Assembly (NCBI GenBank): GCA_031459385.1
Contig: JAVKIP010000001.1
Coordinates: forward strand, 192,001-256,000
Direction of reading: 5' to 3'
DNA: 64,000 bases
Origin: Candidatus Fervidifonticultor secundus
GTDB taxonomy: Bacteria > Sysuimicrobiota > Sysuimicrobiia > Sysuimicrobiales > Humicultoraceae
Every line of letters starts with the position of its first letter. The first letter of the stretch is position 1. This document shows positions 1-11,990 of the stretch, one piece after another. A program made the position numbers and the translations under genes. The notes beneath the pieces are model-generated. The model was given only the letters and a program-made list of their open reading frames with translations. It ran no database searches and had not been told where the DNA came from.

Positions 1-1284
1 ATGCAGGGCCGCCAGGAGATCGACGCCCGCGGCCTCTACGTGCTCCCCGGCGGCGTGGACGTGCACGTGCACCTGACGTCGCCGGTGGCCCCGGGGTCCG
101 GCGTGGAGGTGCGGCCGGACGACTTCTACACCGGGTCGCTGGCGGCCCTGGCGGGCGGGATCACGACGGTGGGCAACATGACCTTCCAGCGTTCCGGTGA
201 GCGCCTGCAGGACGCGCTGGACCGCGATCTGGCTGCCGCCCGGCAGGACGCCGCGGTCGACTACATCCTCCATCCGGTGCTGACCGATCCCACCCCGGTC
301 GTCCTGGAGGAGATTCCGCGTCTGGCCGCGGCCGGGCACACCAGCCTGAAGGTCTTCATGGTCACCGAGCAGTTCGACGCGCAGATCGACGCCTACGTCG
401 AGGCGATCCGGCTGGCCGGCGCGGCAGGGATGCTGACGCTGGTGCACTGCGAGGACGGGGCGCTGGTTCGCTGCGCCGGGCGCGCGCTGCTGGCCGCGGA
501 CCGTGGTGCCGCGCGCTTCTACCCCGACAGCCGGCCCGTGTGGAGCGAGTCAGCGGCGGTCGAGCGCGCCGTGGCCATCGCGCGGGCCGTGGCCGCACCC
601 CTGTACGTCGTGCACCTCTCCTCGGCCGCGGCCCTCGACGCCTGCCGGCGTGCTCGCGCCGACGGGGTGCCGGTCTTCGTAGAGACGCGGCCCATGTACC
701 TGCACCTCACGCGGGCGGCGTTCGACGCGCCTGATGCCGCCAAGGTTGCCGGCGCGCCGCCGCTGCGCGACGCTGCCGACGTGAGGGCGCTGTGGGCCGG
801 GCTGGCCGGCGGCGACGTGCAGTGCGTCTGCAGCGACCACGCCCCTTGGACGCTGGCCCAGAAGCTGGACCCGGCGCTGGACGTGACCACGCTGCGTCAG
901 GGGGTCGCGGATCTCGAGACCCTGAGGCCGATGCTGTTCTCGGAGGGCGTGCGCGCTGGCCGCCTGTCGCTGAGCCGCTTCGTCGACGTCACCGCCACCG
1001 CAGCCGCGAAGCTGTTCGGCCTCTACCCGCGCAAGGGGACGGTCGCGGTCGGCAGCGACGCCGATCTGGTCCTGTGGGACCCGGCGCGGCGCTGGGTCGT
1101 GGACGGGGCGCGCATGTACTCCCGGGCGGGCTACACGCCCTACGACGGCCGCGAAGTGCTGGGTGCGCCGCGGCTCGTCTTCAGCCGTGGCGAGCTCGTG
1201 GCCGCCGACGGCCAGGTGACGGCGGCGCGCGGCCGCGGTCGGTGGCTGGCGCGCGCCGCGCGGCCAGGTGGGCCGTGGACCTGA
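1..1284 (+). CDS. Cyclic amidohydrolase (dihydropyrimidinase/hydantoinase family), probably 5'-truncated by the window edge
   Basis: PGGVDVHVH metal motif, GGITT, SLKVFM (carbamylated Lys), VHCED, VVHLS, SDHAP, YPRKG..GSDADLV; begins at IDARG, so the usual N-terminus appears to be missing. Confidence 0.9.
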   Translation: MQGRQEIDARGLYVLPGGVDVHVHLTSPVAPGSGVEVRPDDFYTGSLAALAGGITTVGNMTFQRSGERLQDALDRDLAAARQDAAVDYILHPVLTDPTPVVLEEIPRLAAAGHTSLKVFMVTEQFDAQIDAYVEAIRLAGAAGMLTLVHCEDGALVRCAGRALLAADRGAARFYPDSRPVWSESAAVERAVAIARAVAAPLYVVHLSSAAALDACRRARADGVPVFVETRPMYLHLTRAAFDAPDAAKVAGAPPLRDAADVRALWAGLAGGDVQCVCSDHAPWTLAQKLDPALDVTTLRQGVADLETLRPMLFSEGVRAGRLSLSRFVDVTATAAAKLFGLYPRKGTVAVGSDADLVLWDPARRWVVDGARMYSRAGYTPYDGREVLGAPRLVFSRGELVAADGQVTAARGRGRWLARAARPGGPWT

Positions 1285-2294
1285 CGATCGTCGGCGCGGG
1301 CGCCGTCGGCGGCATCACCGGCGCGCACCTGGCCCGCGCCGGCCACTCCGTCGTGCTGGTGGATCGCAACCGCGCACACATCGAGGCGATGCGGACTCGA
1401 GGCCTGGAGGTGGCCGGCGCCGCGGCCTTCACCGTGCGACTGCACGCCTGCCTGCCCGAAGAGGTCCGGGGTCCGCTGGCCGTGGTGCTCCTGGCCGTCA
1501 AGACGCTGCACACGCGCGATGCGCTGGCGCCGCTGGTCCCGCGCCTGGCGCCCGATGGCTATGTGGTGTCGATGCAGAACGGTCTTGAGGAAGAGAAGAT
1601 CGCGGCCCTGGTGGGGCGCGAGCGGACGGTCGGCGCCTTCCTGACGTTCGGCGGCTACTACGAGCGCCCGGGCCGCGTCGTCTACAGCGGCCCCGGATCG
1701 CTGCGCGTCGGCGAGCTCGACGGCCGACTGACCCCGCGGGTGCGCGAGCTGGCCCGCGTCCTCTCCGCTTTCCACCCCTGCGAGCCCACCGAGAACATCC
1801 ACGGGTACCTCTGGGGCAAGCTGATCCTGGGGGCGATCTACTTCGCCACCGCGGTGGTCGATGCCGACGTGCTCGAGATCCTCGACCGGCCCCAGGCCCG
1901 CGCCATCCTGGCCGGCCTGGCCACCGAAGCGCTTGCGGTGGCCGAGGCGCTGGGCGTGCGCGTCGAGCCCGTGGACGGCTTCGATCCGCGCGCCATCCGG
2001 CTCGACCCGCGGGGTGCGCCGGTGGATCCTGCGGGCGCGCGAGCCGCCTGGGCGGCGCAGCGCGCCTACTGGCAGCGCGGGCTGGCCCGGCGCACCGGCG
2101 TCTGGCGCGACCTGGCCGTCCATCGCCGTCCGAGCGAGGCCGGACCGATCCTGGGCGCGTTGGTCGAGGCGGCCGGCCGCGCGGGACGCCCCGTGCCCCG
2201 CGTGCGCGCGCTGCTGCGCCTGATCGCCGACATCGAGGCCGGCCGGGGTGTGCTCGACTGGACAAACCTCGAGGTGCTCGCTGCGGCCGCCTGA
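1275..2294 (+). CDS. Ketopantoate reductase (PanE/ApbA) family oxidoreductase
   Basis: GTG start overlapping upstream stop; IVGAGAVGG Rossmann motif, LLAVK, MQNG, WGKL. Confidence 0.85.
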   Translation: MDLTIVGAGAVGGITGAHLARAGHSVVLVDRNRAHIEAMRTRGLEVAGAAAFTVRLHACLPEEVRGPLAVVLLAVKTLHTRDALAPLVPRLAPDGYVVSMQNGLEEEKIAALVGRERTVGAFLTFGGYYERPGRVVYSGPGSLRVGELDGRLTPRVRELARVLSAFHPCEPTENIHGYLWGKLILGAIYFATAVVDADVLEILDRPQARAILAGLATEALAVAEALGVRVEPVDGFDPRAIRLDPRGAPVDPAGARAAWAAQRAYWQRGLARRTGVWRDLAVHRRPSEAGPILGALVEAAGRAGRPVPRVRALLRLIADIEAGRGVLDWTNLEVLAAAA

Positions 2295-2325
2295 CGCGCC
2301 GGCCGCCTGGTCCCCCGCCTGCGGG

Positions 2326-3123
2326 CTACCCTGGCGCGCCGAGCTCCCGTGCCGGCGCCATGTGCGTCCGGCCGCAGTGTGCCCCGCCGGTGACGTAGAA
2401 CACTTCGCCGTGCACGTACCGCGCCCGATCTGACGCCAGGAAGAGCACCGCCTGGGCGATCTCATCGGCGGCCCCGGTCCGGCCCAGCGGGATCGCCGCG
2501 AGCATGTCGCGGACGTAGGGGTGGGGCGGCGGGTCCTCGCGGGTGACCACCCGGTCGAGACACAGCCCGGGCGCCACGGCGTTCACGCGGATCCCGTGCG
2601 GACCCAGTTCGATGGCGAGGACGTGCACGAGCATGTTGACCGCTGCCTTCGACCCGCAGTAGTGGGCGCCGCCGACGCGCGCCGAGGTCGACGCGCCGGA
2701 GGAGATGGCCACCAGGGCCCCACCCGCGGCACGCGCGATCATCCGCCGGGCCACGGCCCGGCAGCACAGCATCGTGCCCTTCACGTTGACATCGAACGTC
2801 TGGTCCCACTCGTCCAGCGAGACCTCCAGCACCGGCGTGGTGGGGACGTAGCCGTGGAAGGTGACCAGCACGTCCACCGGTCCCAGGGCCCGCGTGCCCT
2901 CGTCGACGACGCGCTCGACCGCGTCGGGCGCGCGCACGTCGGCCGGCACGGCTACCACCGGTGTCCCGGCTGCCCGCACCGCCGCGGCGGCCGCAGCGAG
3001 CCCCACGGGGTCGAGATCGGTGAGGAGCAGGCGCGCGCCCTCGCGGGCGAAGGCCAGGGCGCAGGGCCGGCCGAGCCGCCCCGCGGCGCCGGTGAGCATG
3101 ACCACGCGGTCCTGAAACTCCAT
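2326..3123 (-). CDS. SDR family NAD(P)-dependent oxidoreductase
   Basis: TGAAGRLG, YCGSK catalytic motif, IRVNAVAPG; ATG at 3123. Confidence 0.9.
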   Translation of the reverse strand: MEFQDRVVMLTGAAGRLGRPCALAFAREGARLLLTDLDPVGLAAAAAAVRAAGTPVVAVPADVRAPDAVERVVDEGTRALGPVDVLVTFHGYVPTTPVLEVSLDEWDQTFDVNVKGTMLCCRAVARRMIARAAGGALVAISSGASTSARVGGAHYCGSKAAVNMLVHVLAIELGPHGIRVNAVAPGLCLDRVVTREDPPPHPYVRDMLAAIPLGRTGAADEIAQAVLFLASDRARYVHGEVFYVTGGAHCGRTHMAPARELGAPG

Positions 3124-3176
3124 GAGCGGCCTCCTGCGACCAAGACGCCGGCCGGCGCCGGGCGTCCGGGATGGGA

Positions 3177-4031
3177 TCAACGGGGGAACAAGCGCCGGAT
3201 GTCGGCGCCGCGCGAGGTCAGGAGCACGGCGCCGACCAGCACGGCGGCGAAGGCGATGAGCAGCGCCGAGAGCGCGGCGATGGTGGGGTCCTGCCACTTC
3301 TCCATGTACAGGAACATCTCGATGGGCAGGGTGTTGTTCTCGCCGCGCGTCAGGAAGATCGAGCTCTCGACCTGGTCGAACGAGACGATAAACGCCAGCA
3401 GCCCGCTGACCAGCACCCCGGAGCGGATCTGCGGGAGCACGATGCACCACAGGACCGTGGGCGCCGACGCCCCCAGGTCCTGCGCCGCCTCCTCCAGCGA
3501 GACGTCGAGGCCCACGAGGTTGGCGGCGACGATGTTGATCACGAACGGCAGCACCACGATGGTGTGGGCCAGGACGATGGGCACGAGTCCACCCTGGAGC
3601 CCGAGTCGGGCGAAGAAGATGAACCAGCCCACGCCCAGCACGATCTTCGGCATCACGATGGGCGACAGCAGGAACCCCCGGAGCAGCTCCTTGCCGCGGA
3701 ACCGGCCGCGGACCAGGGCCAGGGCGCCGAGCACCCCCAGGCCCAGGGCCAGGCCCGTGGCGACCAGCGCGATGACGACGCTGCGGACGAACGCGTCGCG
3801 GAACGAGGTCAGGCCCAGCAGGTTGGCGTACCAGCGCAGCGACAGCCCCGGGGGCGGGAACACCCCATAGGCGACGCTGCTGAACGAGTAGGCCACCACG
3901 ATGACCAGCGGCAGCAGCGCGAAGCCAATGCCCAGCAGCAGCGTCGCCCGCAGCAGCGCGTCGCGCACCGCCGTGGCCCGAGCTTCCTCGGCCTCGACCT
4001 GCAGCTCGGCACGGGCCTCGAGGGCGGTCAT
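3177..4031 (-). CDS. ABC transporter permease (PotC-like)
   Basis: FPPPGLSLRWY, EEAAQDLGA EAA loop, SFD motif, multiple TM helices. Confidence 0.9.
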   Translation of the reverse strand: MTALEARAELQVEAEEARATAVRDALLRATLLLGIGFALLPLVIVVAYSFSSVAYGVFPPPGLSLRWYANLLGLTSFRDAFVRSVVIALVATGLALGLGVLGALALVRGRFRGKELLRGFLLSPIVMPKIVLGVGWFIFFARLGLQGGLVPIVLAHTIVVLPFVINIVAANLVGLDVSLEEAAQDLGASAPTVLWCIVLPQIRSGVLVSGLLAFIVSFDQVESSIFLTRGENNTLPIEMFLYMEKWQDPTIAALSALLIAFAAVLVGAVLLTSRGADIRRLFPR

Positions 4032-4872
4032 ACCGACGGGAGGCGCCGCAGCACGGCGTTGAGCGCCCACACTGCCGCCACGGAGAGCACCAGCAGCGTC
4101 AGACCGGAGACGGCACCGGTCGGCCAGTTGATCTCGACGGTGTTGTTGTAGACCATCAGCGGCAGGACCTGCACCCTCCCCCCGCCCAGCAGCCGCGGCG
4201 TTACGAACGCGCTCAGCGCCAGCGTGAAGCAGATCAGCGCGCTGGCCACGATCCCCGGCATCGTCAGCGGCAGCGTCACGTGGCGGAAGGCGTCCCACCA
4301 GCCCGCGCCCAGGTCCGTGGCGGCTTCCTTCAGCGCGCGGTCGAGCCGGCTCATGACACTGTAGATGGGGAAGATGGCGAACGGCAGCATGATGTGTGTC
4401 AGGCTGATGACGACGCCCCGGGTGTTGAACAGCAGGCTCAGGGGCTCGTCGAGCAGCCCCAGACCCCGCAGCGTCGTGTTCACCAGCCCCTGGCTGGCCA
4501 GCAGGATGAGCCAGCCGTACGTCCGTACCACGACGCTGACCAGCAGCGGCGAGAAGAGCAGCAGCGCCAGCAGCGCCCGGGCGCCGCCCCGGCGGACCCG
4601 GGTGTGCAGCGCGTAGGCGAGCGGGTAGCCGATGGCGACCGCCAGGACCGTGACCACCAGCGACAGGCGCACCGACTCGGCGATGATCTTGTACGAGAAC
4701 GGATCGGTGAAGTAGTCGGCGTACGTCCGCAGGGTCCACACCGGCAGGATGCGGCCGTCCTTGAAGAGGTGGAACGAGTTGACGAAGTACACGCCCAGTG
4801 GGGCGACGTAGAGCACGGCCATGGCCGCCAGGGCAGGCGTCAGCAGGGCGAGGGCTGCGGAGCCGCTGAGCG

Positions 4873-4876
<4 letters not shown>
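4028..4876 (-). CDS. ABC transporter permease (PotB-like)
   Basis: GYPLAY, VVRTYGW, EAATDLGA; GTG start overlapping the ATPase stop. Confidence 0.9.
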
Positions 4877-5997
<1,121 letters not shown>

Positions 5998-6046
5998 GGG
6001 TCGACAGCCGGCGGCCCCAGGACCGCCGGGGACACCGGCGGGCGTG

Positions 6047-7117
6047 CTAGAGCCGCGATTTGACTTCCTTCTCCCAGCGCTGGCGCCACTCGCTGGCCTT
6101 CTGGCCCATCGTTGCCCAGTCGAGCCAGATGGCCGTGTCCAGCAGTTTGGGGTTCAGGATCGCGCGCACCGTCTCGGACAGCTCAGCATCGGCGCGGGCG
6201 GGGATGCCGAAGGTCAGGCGCGCGTAGCGAGCGTTGTTCTCGGCGGTCAGTAGCTCGTTGATGATCTCCTCGGCCACCCGCACTTGCTCGGGCGTGCTGC
6301 CCTTGACGATCTGCAAGTAGATGGGGAAGGCGACGACGCCCTCCCTGGGCACCGCGAATCCCAGCGGCGCGCCGCCGATCTCCCAGAACTTCCAGATACT
6401 GGTGAACCAGGGCGCGATGTGCGCCTCGCCCGTCACCAGCAGCTGCAGCAACTGGTCGTTGCTGTTGGCCAGCGCGCGGATGTTCCTGGCGTTCTCCGCC
6501 CAGACGCGGAAGCCGGGGTCGATGTTCTTCTCGTCGCCGCCGTTGAAGCGCGCCGCCAGCACCAGCGGGATGAAGTTGTTGTCGAAGAAGGTCACCTTGC
6601 CGCGCCACTTCGGGTTCCACAGCTCCGTCCACGACGCCGGTGGATCCTTCACGAGGTTGCGGTTGTACATATACCCGACGCCGCTGATGCCGTACCCGAT
6701 GCCGCGGTCGCCCGGACGCCGCAGCGTCTTGTGGACCCGGGTCATGTTGGGGATGCGGGCGGGCGTCAGCGGTATCCACATGTCGTCGCTATCGCCGCGG
6801 TTGCTGATGTCAATGTTGAAGTAGCCGAAGTTGATGAGCGGTTTGGTGGGGTCGGCCTGCTTGGCGGCGATCATCCGCGGGTATGTCACGGCGTTGTTCG
6901 ACTCCCAAAACTCGATCTCCACATCGGGATGCGCCCGCAGGTAGCGGGCCACGACCTCGCGGGGCACGACGCCTTGGTTCGCGCCGGCCCAGATGAACAT
7001 GGTGAGCTTCACCCTGGGCGCCGCCGCGGCCGGCGGCAGCGCCAGGGCGCCCGCCACCAGCGCCGCGATCACCCAGCCCAGCGGGCGGGCGTACCAGCGT
7101 CCCTGCGTGCTCCTCAT
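6047..7117 (-). CDS. Extracellular solute-binding protein (PotD/PotF-like)
   Basis: Signal peptide ending AAAA-P, PASWTELWNP..GKV, PREG motif; GGAGGG RBS upstream of ATG 7117; first gene of the Pot-like operon. Confidence 0.85.
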   Translation of the reverse strand: MRSTQGRWYARPLGWVIAALVAGALALPPAAAAPRVKLTMFIWAGANQGVVPREVVARYLRAHPDVEIEFWESNNAVTYPRMIAAKQADPTKPLINFGYFNIDISNRGDSDDMWIPLTPARIPNMTRVHKTLRRPGDRGIGYGISGVGYMYNRNLVKDPPASWTELWNPKWRGKVTFFDNNFIPLVLAARFNGGDEKNIDPGFRVWAENARNIRALANSNDQLLQLLVTGEAHIAPWFTSIWKFWEIGGAPLGFAVPREGVVAFPIYLQIVKGSTPEQVRVAEEIINELLTAENNARYARLTFGIPARADAELSETVRAILNPKLLDTAIWLDWATMGQKASEWRQRWEKEVKSRL

Positions 7118-7275
7118 GAGTCTCCCTCCGATCACCGGCATCGAGAGCATCCCAAACCGCCGCGTGTTTGGCGGTCCGGCGCCGCACTTCCTGCTCGCCG
7201 GCGCTGGCCCGGCCCGCAGGAGCCTCCAGGTGACGCGCCGGGCGCGACGCGCGAGGATGTGTACGGGTAGCTACC

Positions 7276-7626
7276 TCACGCCGTCCGGGCCGCGTACAGC
7301 TGGTCGGTCTTCGCCGCCATGATGAAGTCGTTGCGGTGCAGGCCCCGGATCTTGTGCGTCCACCAGGTCACGGTCACCCGGCCCCACTCCGTGAGGATGG
7401 CCGGGTGGTGGCCTTCCTCGTCGGCCGCGGCGCCCACGGCGGCCGTGAACGCCAGCGCCTGCGCGAAGTTCCTGAACTTGAAGGTGCGTTCCAGCCGTTT
7501 GATCCCGTCGCGCTCGACGACCCGCCAGTCGGGGACGTGCGACTGCCATGCGGCGACCTCCGCGTCGGTGAGCGGGGGCTCGTCGCCGCGGCACGCGGTG
7601 CACTTCAGTTGCGCCAGCTCGGTCAT
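7276..7626 (-). CDS. phhB: Pterin-4-alpha-carbinolamine dehydratase
   Basis: [35 protein letters not shown] signature. Confidence 0.95.
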   Translation of the reverse strand: MTELAQLKCTACRGDEPPLTDAEVAAWQSHVPDWRVVERDGIKRLERTFKFRNFAQALAFTAAVGAAADEEGHHPAILTEWGRVTVTWWTHKIRGLHRNDFIMAAKTDQLYAARTA

Positions 7627-7951
7627 GGTGGCCCCCTTGCCGGGTGCGGACTCGGTCGGGACACTGCCTTCCCGCTCATGATACCTGGTGCCGGCGTGTC
7701 TGACAGCAGGGGCGCGCGGCGCCGGACGGCGAACCCGCCGAGGCCACGGTGACCGCGACGGCTGGTCCTTCGAGGCACCCGAGACCGTCGAGTTCCTCGA
7801 TGCCTCGAGGGCGGCGCCGGTACGATCCGCGCCTCCGAGCGGCGCCAGCGGTACCGGGCCGGGCGGGCCACGCGCGTGCACTGCGCGGCCCGATGGGGAG
7901 GACGGCGCCCGTGCATGACCGAAACCACGGGTGGCGCACGGGGAGGCCTGC

Positions 7952-9475
7952 GTGACCCGATCGGAACGGTTCGTCACCCTGGGCATCATGCTGGGGATCT
8001 TCATGGCGTCCATGGAGAGCACCGTGGTCGCCACGGCGATGCCCACCATCGCCAGCCAGATCGGCGGTCTCGCGTCGTACAGCTGGGTGTTCTCCGCCTA
8101 CATGCTGGCCGCCACCGCCACCGTGCCCCTCTTCGGGAAGCTCGCCGACCTCTACGGCCGGCGGAAGGTCTTCGCCGTGGCGATGGGGCTGTTCCTGACC
8201 GCGTCGCTGCTGTGCGGCCTGGCGCGCAGCATGCCGCAGCTCATCGCCTTCCGCGCCCTGCAGGGCCTCGGGGCGGGCGGGCTGCTGCCGCTGGCGTTCA
8301 TCATCATCGGCGACCTGTTTACGGTGGAGCGGCGGGCGCGGATCCAGGGGCTCTTCTCCGGCGTGTGGGGGCTGTCGTCTATCGTCGGCCCGCTGCTCGG
8401 CGGGTTCCTGGTGGACCAGGTCTCGTGGCCCTGGGTCTTCTACGTCAACGTGGCGCCGGGGGCGCTGGCCGCGGGGCTGATCTGGCGGTTCTTCGAAGAC
8501 GACCTCACACCGCTCCACGCGCGTCCCGCGGTGGACTACGCTGGCGCCGTGCTGCTCACCGCGGGCATCGTGGTCCTGCTGCTGGGCCTGTTCGAGCTGG
8601 ACAGCGGCCGCGGGGCACCGCTGCTGGCGACCGCCGCGTTGCTGTTGGCCGCCCTGGCGTGGGCCGAGCGCCGCGCCGCCGATCCAGTCCTCCCCCTGCA
8701 GCTGTTTCGCCTGCGGCTGTTCGCCGTCGCCTGCGCCCAGGGGCTGTGGTCTGGATGGTCGGTCTTCGGCAGCCTGGCGTTCGTGCCGCTGTTCGTCCAG
8801 GCGGTGCTGCGCACCAGCGCCACCGCCGCGGGCTCCACGCTCACGCCCATGATGCTCGGGTGGGTGAGCGCCAGCATCCTCAGCACCCGGTTCCTACTCC
8901 TGCGCCTGGGCTACCGCGCGCTGGTTGTGGCCGGGATGGTCGCGCTCTCTGCCGGGACGCTGCTGATGACCCGCGTCGGGCCCGAGGCCACGCACGGCTA
9001 CGTGATGGTGTCGGTCACCCTGATGGGGATCGGGATGGGGCTGTCGGTGCCGTCCTTCATGATCGCGGTGCAGTCGGCCGTCTCCCGCCGGGTGCTGGGC
9101 GCGGCGACCTCCACGCTGCAGTTCGCGCGCAGTATCGGCGGGGCGTTCGGCGTGAGCGTGATGGGCGCGGTGCTGGCGGCGCGGCTGGCCGCGGCGCTGC
9201 GCGCCAGCGGAGTGGACCCCCAGACGGTGTCGGTGAACCGCCTGCTCGATCCCCTGGCGCGCGCCCCGGCGCCCGCGCTGGACGGGACGCTGCGGACGGC
9301 CCTGGCCGGCGCCATCCAGGGCGTCTTCGTCGCGGCTTTCCTCGCGGCGCTGGCGGCGCTGGCCGTGACGCTGCTGGCGCCCCGCGGCCGCCTCGCGCTG
9401 GCCGCGCCGGCGCAGGATGCGGAGGCGCTGCGCCCCGAACCGGCCGGCGCCGTGCCCACATCGGGGGCGAAGTAA
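7952..9475 (+). CDS. MFS drug-resistance transporter (14-TM DHA2/MDR type)
   Basis: [21 protein letters not shown] motif [28 protein letters not shown] before GTG 7952. Confidence 0.9.
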   Translation: MTRSERFVTLGIMLGIFMASMESTVVATAMPTIASQIGGLASYSWVFSAYMLAATATVPLFGKLADLYGRRKVFAVAMGLFLTASLLCGLARSMPQLIAFRALQGLGAGGLLPLAFIIIGDLFTVERRARIQGLFSGVWGLSSIVGPLLGGFLVDQVSWPWVFYVNVAPGALAAGLIWRFFEDDLTPLHARPAVDYAGAVLLTAGIVVLLLGLFELDSGRGAPLLATAALLLAALAWAERRAADPVLPLQLFRLRLFAVACAQGLWSGWSVFGSLAFVPLFVQAVLRTSATAAGSTLTPMMLGWVSASILSTRFLLLRLGYRALVVAGMVALSAGTLLMTRVGPEATHGYVMVSVTLMGIGMGLSVPSFMIAVQSAVSRRVLGAATSTLQFARSIGGAFGVSVMGAVLAARLAAALRASGVDPQTVSVNRLLDPLARAPAPALDGTLRTALAGAIQGVFVAAFLAALAALAVTLLAPRGRLALAAPAQDAEALRPEPAGAVPTSGAK

Positions 9476-10704
9476 TGCCGTCCCGCTGCGACATCGCACT
9501 GGTCGGCGGCGGCATCGTCGGCCTGGCCACCGCCCTGGCGCTCGTGGAGCGGGCGCCGGACCTCCGGCTGGCGGTGCTCGAGAAGGAGGCCGACGTCGGC
9601 CGGCACCAGACCGGGCACAACAGCGGGGTCATCCACTCGGGCCTCTACTACCAGCCCGGGTCCGCCAAGGCACGCCTGTGCGTGGAGGGCGGCCGCCTGC
9701 TGCGCGCCTTCTGCGCTCGATGGGGTGTCCCCGTCGACGAGTGCGGGAAGGTCGTGGTGGCGACCGATGCCGCGGAGGCGGTCCGCCTGGAGACGCTGTA
9801 CGCCCGCGGGGTGGCCAACGGGGTCGGGCGGCTCGAACTCCTCTCCCCGGAGCGCCTGCGCGAGATCGAGCCGCACGCTGCGGGCGTGCGAGCGCTGTGG
9901 TCGCCCACGACAGCGATCGTCGACTTCCAGCAGGTGGCCCGCGCCATGGCCGCGGAGCTGCGGCGCCGCGGGGTCGAGATCGCCACGGCGAGCCCCGTGG
10001 TGGGCCTGCGCCGCCTGCCGGGCGGCTTCGTGCTGCAGACGCCGCGCGCCGAGGTCGAGGCGCGGTGGCTGGTGAACTGCGCGGGGCTCTACAGCGACGT
10101 GGTGGCGCGCATGGCCGGCGCGCGGCCCCCGGTGCGCATCGTGCCCTTCCGCGGCGAGTACTACCTCCTGCGGCCCGAGCGGCAGCACCTGGTGCGCGGG
10201 CTCATCTACCCCGTGCCCGATCCCCGCTTCCCCTTCCTCGGCGTGCACCTGACGCGGACGATCCACGGCCGCGTCGAGGCCGGCCCCAACGCGGTGCTGG
10301 CCCTGGCCCGCGAAGGCTACACGGTCTGGCGCGTGCACCCCGCCGAGGTGGCGGTGATGCTGGCCTACCCGGGTTTCTGGCGCATGGCCCGCCGCTACTG
10401 GCGCACGGGGCTGGTCGAGGTGGCCCGGTCGCTGAGCGCGCGGGCGTTCGTGCGGGCGCTGCGGCGCCTGGTGCCGGCGCTGCGCCCCGCCGACGTGGTG
10501 CGGGCAGGCGCCGGCGTGCGGGCCCAGGCCGTGCGCGCCGATGGGACGCTGGAAGACGACTTCCGCATCCAGGCCACGGCCGACGCCATCCACGTGCTGA
10601 ACGCGCCGTCGCCCGCGGCCACCAGCGCTCTGGCCATCGGCCGGCACATTGCGGCCCTGGCAGAGACAGCCTTCGGGTTCGCGCCGGCGGCCGCCGGAGG
10701 CTGA
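9475..10704 (+). CDS. lhgO: L-2-hydroxyglutarate oxidase (FAD-dependent)
   Basis: GGGIVG, HQTGHNSGVIHSGLYY, IYPVPDPRFPFLGVH, GVRAQA, NAPSPAATS; TAATG overlap with the MFS gene. Confidence 0.9.
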   Translation: MPSRCDIALVGGGIVGLATALALVERAPDLRLAVLEKEADVGRHQTGHNSGVIHSGLYYQPGSAKARLCVEGGRLLRAFCARWGVPVDECGKVVVATDAAEAVRLETLYARGVANGVGRLELLSPERLREIEPHAAGVRALWSPTTAIVDFQQVARAMAAELRRRGVEIATASPVVGLRRLPGGFVLQTPRAEVEARWLVNCAGLYSDVVARMAGARPPVRIVPFRGEYYLLRPERQHLVRGLIYPVPDPRFPFLGVHLTRTIHGRVEAGPNAVLALAREGYTVWRVHPAEVAVMLAYPGFWRMARRYWRTGLVEVARSLSARAFVRALRRLVPALRPADVVRAGAGVRAQAVRADGTLEDDFRIQATADAIHVLNAPSPAATSALAIGRHIAALAETAFGFAPAAAGG

Positions 10705-10782
10705 GGCACCCGCGGGGACCCGAGGCGGCCGGCATCCATATCATCGCGCGGGGCCGAGGTCCGCGCGCAGGGAGGAGACCGC

Positions 10783-11973
10783 ATGACAGTCCGACGCACG
10801 CCCCCGCTCACGCCCGAGGAGGCGCGGCGCCTGCACGAGACCGCGCTGGTCATCGACACGCAGCAGCCGCCCGTCATCGGCGGGTTCCTGTTCACCGACG
10901 CGATGCGCGCGACGCTGGCAGAGTACCACCGGCGCGGCTTCACCCGCGAGGAGGTCTCACCGATCATGGTGGACATGGCCGTGCGGGAACTCCAGACGTC
11001 GCCCGCGGCGCGCCAGGTCTATCTGGAGTTCTGGCGGGCGTCGGGCGTGACCGTGGCATGCGGGACGTTCTCAGGATCCCACAGGATCAGCGACGCCTTC
11101 GAGGCGGCGGTCAAGCGCATCGCGCAGGCCTACGGCGTCATCGAGGCGCTGGGGGGCGCCCTGCGGCTGTGCCGGACCGCGGCTGACATCGAGCGCGCGC
11201 ACCGCGACGGCGTCCGCGGCCTGATCCTCGACTTCCAGAACACGACCCCCTTCGGGGACACCCTGGAGCGCATCGAGCTGTTCGCGAACCTGGGGGTCCG
11301 CATGGTGCAGCTCACGTACAACCTGCAGAACCTGGTGGGCGACGGCTGCACCGAGACCTACGGCGGCGGCCTCACGTACTTCGGCCGCGAGGTGGTGCAG
11401 CGCCTCAACGCTCACCGTATCCTGGTGGACGTGAGCCACTGCAGCGAGCAGGTGGCCCGGGACGCGCTCCAGGTCTCCAGCGCGCCCGTCATCGTCTCCC
11501 ACGCGTCCAGCAAGGCGGTCTGCTACCACGACCGCGGCAAGAGCGACGAGCTGGCGCGGGCCATCGCCGACCGGGGCGGGTTCTTCGGCGTGGTGGTCAT
11601 CCCGGGCTTTCTCTCGGAGCACCCCGAGCCCACCCTGGAGGCGTTCTGCGACCACGTGGAGCACCTGGTGGACGTCATGGGAATCGACCACGTGGGCATC
11701 GGCACCGACAAGGCCGGCCCCGGCCCCGGCACCGACTCCATGGTGGAGTATCCCACGGACATGCCCCTGCGTCGTTCTGAGGCGTTCAACTGGGCGGGCT
11801 TCCGAGACGCGGAGCACCGCATCACGCCCAACTTCCGCCTGCAGGGATTCGAGAAGTTCAGCGACTGGCCCAACCTGACCGTCGCGCTGGCGCGGCGCGG
11901 GTTCACCGAGGACGAACTGCGCAAGCTCCTGGGCCTGAACTTCCTGCGGGTCTTCCGGGAGGTGTGCGGCTGA
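10783..11973 (+). CDS. Membrane dipeptidase (peptidase M19)-like amidohydrolase with atypical metal site
   Basis: QLTYN, DVSH, VSH, HVGIGTD, LGLNFLRVF; N-terminal HxD absent and bridging Glu replaced (DFQN). Confidence 0.85.
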   Translation: MTVRRTPPLTPEEARRLHETALVIDTQQPPVIGGFLFTDAMRATLAEYHRRGFTREEVSPIMVDMAVRELQTSPAARQVYLEFWRASGVTVACGTFSGSHRISDAFEAAVKRIAQAYGVIEALGGALRLCRTAADIERAHRDGVRGLILDFQNTTPFGDTLERIELFANLGVRMVQLTYNLQNLVGDGCTETYGGGLTYFGREVVQRLNAHRILVDVSHCSEQVARDALQVSSAPVIVSHASSKAVCYHDRGKSDELARAIADRGGFFGVVVIPGFLSEHPEPTLEAFCDHVEHLVDVMGIDHVGIGTDKAGPGPGTDSMVEYPTDMPLRRSEAFNWAGFRDAEHRITPNFRLQGFEKFSDWPNLTVALARRGFTEDELRKLLGLNFLRVFREVCG

Positions 11974-11990
11974 CGGGCCGACGTGCCCTC

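Noticed and set aside
7725..7775. GGCGAACC...GGTGACCGC resembling a c-di-GMP-I riboswitch
   Set aside because: No GNRA-capped paired stem and no GCAAAG element; an Infernal/Rfam scan would be needed
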